64,000 bases of DNA, taken from the NCBI RefSeq assembly GCF_964355755.1, contig NC_092675.1, forward strand, positions 8,303,812 through 8,367,811, given 5' to 3'. The notes beneath the pieces are model-generated. The model was not told the DNA's origin and searched no databases. It saw only the letters and a program-made list of their open reading frames with translations. Shown in pieces: positions 56,827 to 64,000 of the stretch (the first letter of the stretch is position 1; the number at the start of each line of letters is the position of its first letter). The translations under genes and the position numbers were made by a program. Source of the stretch: Antedon mediterranea (Eukaryota > Animalia > Echinodermata).

Positions 56827-57436
56827 ATCTAAAATCCAATGTTTAACCACTAATGTCTATAAATAGAAATTTTAAATGAACGCATGTCTGGTATGGTAAG
56901 TAAATCACCGGAATCTTAAATTATTACTTTTACTCTTCGCATGCCATCTGATGTGCAAACAATCTTTAATGTGTATTATTAACTGAAAACATTTGCGCAC
57001 GACATCAAAGTGACATAGAAAATATGATTTAACTATTAAAAATTGCTCGTTGTGTAGAAAAGGAAATTCTTGCAATTTCCCCTGGAAATTATAGTAAGGT
57101 TTTAGCATTCTACATCAAATTATTAGTTGGTGTATTTGTGTATAATTAATTTTATTTATAACAACATTTATTGATTTTCATTTCCACGCAATACAATTGA
57201 GGTCAGAAATATATAATCATAAGATATACTGCACAGATGTTCCAAACTGTTTTACCATTATCATAATTACCATTATCAGTTATTTGTTTAACTTTGCATT
57301 TTTTGTTAAAGAAAATAATCTCGAAGAAGTGCATTCACCGAATTTACGTTATTATATCATTAATATTGTCGTTACTATATTATCATCATCATTTCGCCAC
57401 TGTTGTCGTTATCGCCATCGATGTGTTATCATCGCC

Positions 57437-57468
<32 letters not shown>

Positions 57469-60400
57469 TATCATATTACGCCATTGTCAATGTCACCCAT
57501 TGTCATCATCATCGTCGCCGTCATCATCATCGTCGCCGTCATCATCTTTGTCTTCATCGTCATCATCTTCTCGGTGTGTGTACACATCTGACTCATGTGC
57601 ACTTTAAAACCTAGTAAATCTTTCGAGACGAGTAGGGGTTACTAGCCACTGTCACATACAGACACCATTGATTGTCAACATGTACGCTGTTTAGGGCCAC
57701 CCTCTATAAATAAGGTTAAATATAAAAGATAAAAAATCTTCGTCGTTGTTCTCGTTCGTCACGACTCGAGTATAATGACTAAAGTCAATGTAATTGGTGC
57801 CATTGAAATGTTTCAGGTATAATAGCATGAGAGCAGTTTATGTAAAGATTTGGTCACGGATTAGATATATTTGAACCGTAAGCTAAGTGGCGGATCCACG
57901 ATTTTAAAATTGACCTAAAATGGCAAAATTAAGTACTGGACGTAACCTAACATACTTTTGCATTGCATTGCAATTTCCGAAATATCTAAATATATACTGA
58001 TAAATAAAGATTAATGGAATTAATAATAATGAATTAATAATACCTGAGTCTACGTCACATTTTTCAAATGAATCCATCAACTCGAACATATCCTCTTCAT
58101 CTAATAGATTGTTTAAGCTCTCCTAAGTAAATAAGTTAAGAAAAATAAGCAAATATAATAAATAACAACAGAGTAAACAACACATTTTGTATGCCATGTC
58201 AAGTTAAACTTGGAAACCGGAAAATTCTAGATAGTATACTGTATTTAATAATTTCACATGAGAATGTAATGGAAGAAAATCAGTCGCCAAAAAAGAACAA
58301 GATATGAATAATATATTTGTTTCTTTAACCTATATATGATATTATTATGTTATTTTAATTGTTAGTAGGACTAATTCCATGTAATATAATGTGATGATAT
58401 GATAATGGACAAATTTAGATAAACAGTACCACGAATTCCTGCATCGTACAGTCACATGTGATATTCTGTATTAAAAATTGTGCATTTGAAAGTTTAACAA
58501 AATTGTCATTTTATTATACATCACTACAATGCGGGTGTACATCCACGGTTTCGTTTTGAGCACTCATTAGAATCTGTTCACGGACGCATATTCCATACAT
58601 TTTACTTGCGGCAAAATGAGTTTTAATATGAGTAGATTTAAATAAAAGTTACATTATAGAGACGCAATTCGATAACAATAACCATGTGTGAGTAGTGCCG
58701 TAATAAGTAATTTATGAGTGTTGATATAAAATATGAAGTTTTTAATAAAGAGTTTAATGACATCACTTTCATGAGGACAAATACAAATAAGTAAATATTA
58801 TTCTATGATAAAAATATTAACATATATGATAGCAATGACCTACTACCACAAAACGATGTTGAATCACCAACACGAGTTGATCTGTTGTCAAATACATTTA
58901 AGTGTTGTCAATTTCAACAATATTTTTAGAAAGTATAGTTAATTAATGCCATTCAATACATTTACATTAAGGCCTGTAGAAGATAACATTTCGATTGCGC
59001 GTAAATTCACAGATGAAGAACAGAAACAGACCAAAGCGATTATAAACACAAATAACTTGATTTAAGGCAAGACTGTGAGAAAACGGAGTCACATTTTCTT
59101 CTAACCCCCTTTTCTCTATCAGAAAATATTCATTGAATTTGCTTTTACTTACGCAATCGTGACACGACCATCCTATATTCATGTTTGCTCGTTTAAACTG
59201 TTGCAATGATGCACTGTCCTGTATGTGTCCAGAGCGTCGTAAACATGGTGCATGGAACACTTTGGTACATATTCGGCAAGGGAACAGCTCTCCTCCAGAA
59301 AATTTATTGCACACAGAGCAATTTCTGTCGTTTCTTACCTACAACATTAAAAGATAACAAAGTTGGTACTTTATTGAATGATTAGTGCACATTAAATTTT
59401 ACATATTTTCAGTTGGGTCTTTTTGGTGGTGAAATTGGGAATTGAAAGTAGGGCTACCTCTGGGGTTTTGGTCGTGTTTGATATAATGTTAAATATCGAC
59501 GCGTTCTTGTTTTACTTCCAACGTGGTACGAGGATGGGATATACCACAACTCATGGATGTATATATATATTTTAATTATTATTAATTTAATACTATTTCA
59601 TCGGTTCTCTTTTTATTATACTTCTTATTAGGGCTATGCTTCAAGGAATTATTTTCCCCACACATCATTATTAGATCATGTTGAGTTAATTATCAGCAAT
59701 TAAAAACTGTGTGCAAAAGGACACACTTTTCAATATATTACTATATTATTATATACTATATTATTATGTATATATTATTATTACATTTGTATTATACCTA
59801 AATCTACTAAATCTAGACAAAAAGTGAAAGTTCAGTATTTTGCATTTTGTCAAATAATAATTTAAACAATAAAATATTATTTTTATTTTCATTTTATTTT
59901 TTCAATTAACATTTTTGGGAATAAAGATATGATATATGTTGAAGATTATCTTCCACAATAGCAGTTAGGCCATAATAGTATTTAGGAACAGTAAAGTACC
60001 GTATGTCTTGATAAAATAATTTCAGTCATTTATCAGCCACCTTCAAAGTTTATAGTGTTAAAAGGTGAGCTCTCGAGCCACTTTGATAATAGTGGCTTTG
60101 CAACCAAACATGTATTAACGAGTTAATTTGAAATTTGGAACGCTTTTCTCAAGACATCTTTCCAACATGACTCTGAAAGTTTAATAGGTTGACCTGGTTC
60201 ATGTATAGTTTAATGTTACCCTAGAACATTGATACTATTTTTGTCGATAATTTTTTTTTTAATCGTCTGATATCCTGTCATTGCGATTTTCTGTTTTTTG
60301 CAGCTGCTAGTAAATGTCATATTGGAGTAATACGATATGAATATCAATTGATTAAAATATATAATTTGTCATGCCACTTGGCTGAAGGTTTCACCCAAGG

Positions 60401-62688
60401 AGGCAGGCAACTGAAAATGAAAGAAGTAGTCTAGTAGCCTAGTGTATGATGGTTTAAATATACATTAAAAAATATCTATTAAACCAAACAACTAGAGTTA
60501 TAGGCCTTTCCGATTCAAAATCTTTAACAAATATTGGACCTTACTGCATATTGTATGGTTACATATACTATAACATATATTTATCTTCTCGTTATGATAA
60601 AAGTAGTATTGCCGTAGCCTGTAAAGCGATTCTTTATATAATATGAAATAACATGGAAAGATCATTTCTTCAACAACAACAAATTTGTAACGATCTATAA
60701 TGTTGTACAAAATAAAAATCCATGTAAATATATATATATATATATATATATGTAGGCCTACTTTAATATGGATATTATCAGTGGAAAATTTATAACCAAA
60801 TGAACGTGATCAAGCCTACCTTTTATTTTAAGATTGCTTATTAAATTTGAGTTGACAGACCACTGCATATGGAGTTAATAATTAACACTTTAATCATCAA
60901 GTATTTTAAGCCTTAGGTTATTAGGTAAGGTTGTCTCGTAGTTTTATTGTGACGGTACTAATCCATCTTTTGCACGATCAATGAATGATGTTGCACAATG
61001 GTTTGGACTAGAAGTCGTAATAGCAGAACAATAGTAATTAATAGACAAGGTATTGTGATAATACAGGTTCCCTTGATTTCTGCATCCATAGTTACAGTGA
61101 CCAATGTCAATGTATTGATTATACCCTATATCAATAACAGCTCCTTTCAGTAATGTCTATTTTCTAAAATACTACACACATTTGTTTGCCTAATTTTTAT
61201 TTGACAAAACTACAAAATATTTAGAGAATAATAAAGTTAGCATTACTGTTGTTTTCCTTGTTGTTTCCCCTCTTCGGAGAGTGGAGATATATAATTAATT
61301 AACCATTATTCATTATTCTTTTTATTCATACTTAAAGAAAAATAATATTTGATTTGACTTCGATCAACAAAGACCGTTGAGGGACCTTTACAGTCGGCTG
61401 TAGGCCTACAACCCCTCCCAGTTCGATGTCAGTTTAGTGCACTTAATCCCCAGAGACGCATGTATGCCTAGCTACCAATGGCCTAATCACTATTCAATTT
61501 GAAGGAAATTTACAGTCGGCTGTAGGCCTACAACCCCTCCCAGTTTAGTGCACTTAATCCCCAGACGCATGTATGCCTAGCTACCATGGCTAATAACTAT
61601 TCAATTTCAAATTTAGTAAGAGAAACAATGCAAACACATTACATTTATACGAGAATTTTCCGGCACCAGTGCATTATAATTCAAACCAAACAATTTACAC
61701 ATAACAAACGATGACGTTTAAACAAATATATAAAACCAAACTTATTGCGGAAGTATAGATAACGAGTCTCTATAAACGCCTACGTAGGCATGATGTCATA
61801 AGACATATTCTGAGAGAAAATAATACATTTAAAATCTAAACTACCGAATTACTTAGGCCTAATATTTGGAAAATTACTTTCTTTAGAGAGAGGTAATACA
61901 TCGTGATGTCATAAGACATAAACTGAGAGAAAATAATACATTTAAAATCTACTACGGAATTACTAGGCCAAATATTTGGAAAATTAATTATTATAGAGGG
62001 GTATTATAAGAAAATTCTCCACATGATATTTTTTAAAGAATTTATACCACCCGTCAGCGTAATTCAATCATATAGCAACGAAATGTTAATATTATTTTTT
62101 GCTAATATCTCTTACCTTTCCATATTTCCAACCACCCGGCGGTTCGTAGGGGATAGAAAACTCCAACTGTTCATGTTCACCAGTCTTTGAAGCAAGTTCT
62201 GGAAGTTCAGAAGAATTATAAATAGGTTTATCATTAGAACTAATTTTCCGTCTCTCCACCGTTTTATGTCCACCGAGAGAAGAACTGATCATGGTTAATT
62301 CCGTAGAAGGAATTTCATCAGGATTCGGTGATTGTCCATCTCTTAACGCTGCCCAAGCATTACTCGTGTCTCTGTAGACAATCGTTCTGGAAGAACCAGA
62401 TTTGTTAGATACCAAGCTAGCAGTAGATTTTCCAAGGTAGATTGTATTTCCATTTACGCTATCTTTAATGTCATGAACAACAATATCGTTTTCAATTTCA
62501 TTTTTTAATAGTGTACTATTTTCAATTAATTCATTTGTAGGTCCTTGTACATTAATAGTCGGTTGCGTCTCCTGCTGACGTGTTGACGTCTTTTTAAATG
62601 CAGCAACAGTAAAAGCTGCTCTGCGAAAGGTTTGTACGGCTTTCTGTTGATTTGTTTGCTTTTTTTGTTTTCCAAGTGTAACTCCCAT
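54053..62688 (-). CDS. PHF24: PHD finger protein 24 (GINIP/KIAA1045)-like: myristoylation-type N-terminus, PHD finger, EF-hands; 7 coding exons, 474 aa
   Basis: Exons 62688-62116, 59338-59153, 58122-58044, 55585-55386, 55049-54877, 54572-54468 and 54161-54053 chain in frame (1425 nt). Motifs: MGVTLGK..VAAFK, PCRICTKVFHAPCL..GWSCHDC, DTDGDGSIT and C-terminal YIIAARPN. Confidence 0.9.
54468..54572 (-). CDS. PHF24: PHF24-like exon 6
   Basis: SRISSAVSMTNSIDLSRHVSSNTRMLMSADEDDSG; phase 2-2. Confidence 0.8.
54877..55049 (-). CDS. PHF24: PHF24-like exon 5 (EF-hand)
   Basis: LLAPKEIQRARETFRAFDTDGDGSITDYEAKRAY. Confidence 0.9.
55386..55585 (-). CDS. PHF24: PHF24-like exon 4 (EF-hand)
   Basis: ISVEEFLKYK..FRAIDTDMTGSLTWWEFLNHES. 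Confidence 0.9.
56273..56347 (-). tRNA. Inverted second copy of the tRNA-like sequence (3-nt D-loop insertion)
   Basis: Reverse complement of 56607-56678 with few changes. Confidence 0.5.
56607..56678 (+). tRNA. tRNA-like cloverleaf (Asp/Glu-derived, anticodon ATC), repeat-borne and probably not a decoding tRNA
   Basis: 72 nt: acceptor GCCCCAG/TTGGGGC, anticodon stem TCTGC/GCAGG with loop ATATCAA, T arm CCGAG-TTCGAGT-CTCGG, followed by TTTTT. Confidence 0.6.
57375..57570. repeat. Degenerate (CAT/CGT)n microsatellite
   Basis: Runs of CATCATCAT; accounts for the poly-His/Ser/Ile ORFs. Confidence 0.9.
58044..58122 (-). CDS. PHF24: PHF24-like exon 3
   Basis: ESLNNLLDEEDMFELMDSFEKCDVDS. Confidence 0.88.
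59153..59338 (-). CDS. PHF24: PHF24-like exon 2 (PHD finger)
   Basis: VRNDRNCSVCNKFSGGELFPCRICTKVFHAPCL...WSCHDC; 186 nt, phase 0-0. Confidence 0.92.
61387..61607. repeat. Tandem duplication, ~122-bp unit x2
   Basis: TTTACAGTCGGCTGTAGGCCTACAACCCC... at 61387 and 61509. Confidence 0.85.
61791..61986. repeat. Tandem duplication, ~113-bp unit x2
   Basis: TGATGTCATAAGACATA..CTGAGAGAAAATAATACATTTAAAATCT.. occurs twice. Confidence 0.85.
62116..62688 (-). CDS. PHF24: PHF24-like coding exon 1
   Basis: gccatcATGG Kozak context, MG start, ends YGK|gtaag. Confidence 0.88.
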
Positions 62689-64000
62689 GATGGCAAAAAT
62701 ATTTCATTTCAACTCAACATTATAAACACACTATTAGTAAATGGAACTTGAGACAAGTGCCAATGACACCTGTTTGACTGGAACCAAAATTGTCCTCAAA
62801 CAATTATTTCGTGTTTTCTTAACTTCTTAAAGTGTGACATCGAAACAACCAGTTCATTATGTTGTTATCCGTTGTGATCTTCGTTAATTATTAATTTCCG
62901 AAACAAAGTTAAAATAGATTCAATACAGTGCTGTTACAAACAAACAGTTTGACAGTTAGAGTAGAGAATGACCAATGATCTGGTCAATTATATGCCTAAA
63001 AAGCAATACAATTAAGCATCGGACTTTGTTCCCTGATCGTCCAATCACACAATCCAAATGGAAATCAGCTACTCAGAGTAGATTATAAGATCTTTGGTAG
63101 TGTAGTATTTTTTGGTATTGGTGCCCTCTATTGCACAAGCACAAACAAAAACCAACTAACTCGAGCGGAGAGGTGGTTGTCAAAGTGAACCGACGCTCAA
63201 GGAAGACAACAGGATCAAATAAATAAATATTGGATGATGATTTGGTTTTATAACCTTTTGCCATATTATTAGTGAAAAGGGAAAGGTATATTTGTTATAC
63301 AATGATCAGTATTATTATATCGAAATTATAAGTGTAGGTCTAGGCACTAGGCCTAGGAGGGTAGTGGTCGACGTGACGGATCTGAAAAGGTCCTGGGCTG
63401 GGCCCAACCTTGGCCAGTCCAGATCCTACTCTAGTAAGCTAGGCCTAGGCCCTAGTCTAGGCCTGACCTTCCTAACTAAATGATACTTTCAGATCAGTCA
63501 ATGCTATTTGATATCATTCATACATACAGAGGGTGTGACAAAAACCTGTCACGTTTGAAATCTTTTGTGATAACTTCATTCATTTGCTAGGCCTATTGTT
63601 TATTAATTAACAATAATATAGGTAGGCCTAGGCCTAATGTTTGAAGTTATTTATTATTATTATTACGAAAAATTTTAACCTTCTATTCTAAGAAGGCTTC
63701 TTGTTTATTTAGGCTTATAATAATATAGTATGCCTAGGTTGCATGCATGAGCTTTCTTTAACCAACCAACCAATAAGAGCTCGGCTAATGGATTTACAGT
63801 ATGTAGAAGTGTTGAGTATTAGGCCCTATGTATTCTATTGAAGTCGTCTCTTTCAGCAGAGTTGTGTGAATTGTTCCACATACCCGAGTCTTGCATACTG
63901 TATTGTAGTTCAAGTTCAAGTTCAAGTTCAAATTTATTCACATAATGCAAACATATACAAAATATAAAAGATACAAGTGGTTGGAAATTAAGTAAATAAT

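Noticed and set aside
57197-57614. Poly-His/Ser/Ile ORFs
   Set aside because: Products of a (CAT)n microsatellite in a PHF24 intron.
63073-63264. 63-aa ORF MAKGYKTKSS... upstream of PHF24
   Set aside because: No recognisable homology. PHF24 already has a conserved MG start with good Kozak context, so this is at most a 5' UTR exon or uORF.

Overview
AT-rich eukaryotic (animal) genomic DNA, probably from an invertebrate deuterostome; this is inferred from Deu-domain SINEs, Academ/Kolobok/Helentron/Penelope elements and the gene content. Two convergent multi-exon genes fill the window. (1) On the + strand is a receptor protein tyrosine phosphatase, 5'-incomplete, with 37 phase-consistent exons at 778-51169 (~2000 codons). 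Its architecture is EGF-like x2, Ig, ~10 FN3, a membrane-proximal domain, TM, a catalytically intact D1 and a degenerate D2. (2) On the - strand is a complete PHF24/GINIP-like gene (7 coding exons, 62688-54053, 474 aa). The introns are dense with transposons. They include two Academ-type TAG...CTA elements with 3-bp TSDs, one being a 3.8-kb palindrome of two XPG-domain 3' ends. There are also Helitron copies, two Russian-doll nests of Helentron-type non-autonomous elements that insert at the same position ~75 nt inside each other, and Kolobok and Harbinger MITEs. Further elements are an L2/CR1-like LINE fragment, a Penelope element with an inverted pLTR and hammerhead ribozymes, 5S- and tRNA-headed SINEs, and a tRNA-like element with interleaved inverted repeats. 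All coordinates and alignments were read by eye; no database searches were run.
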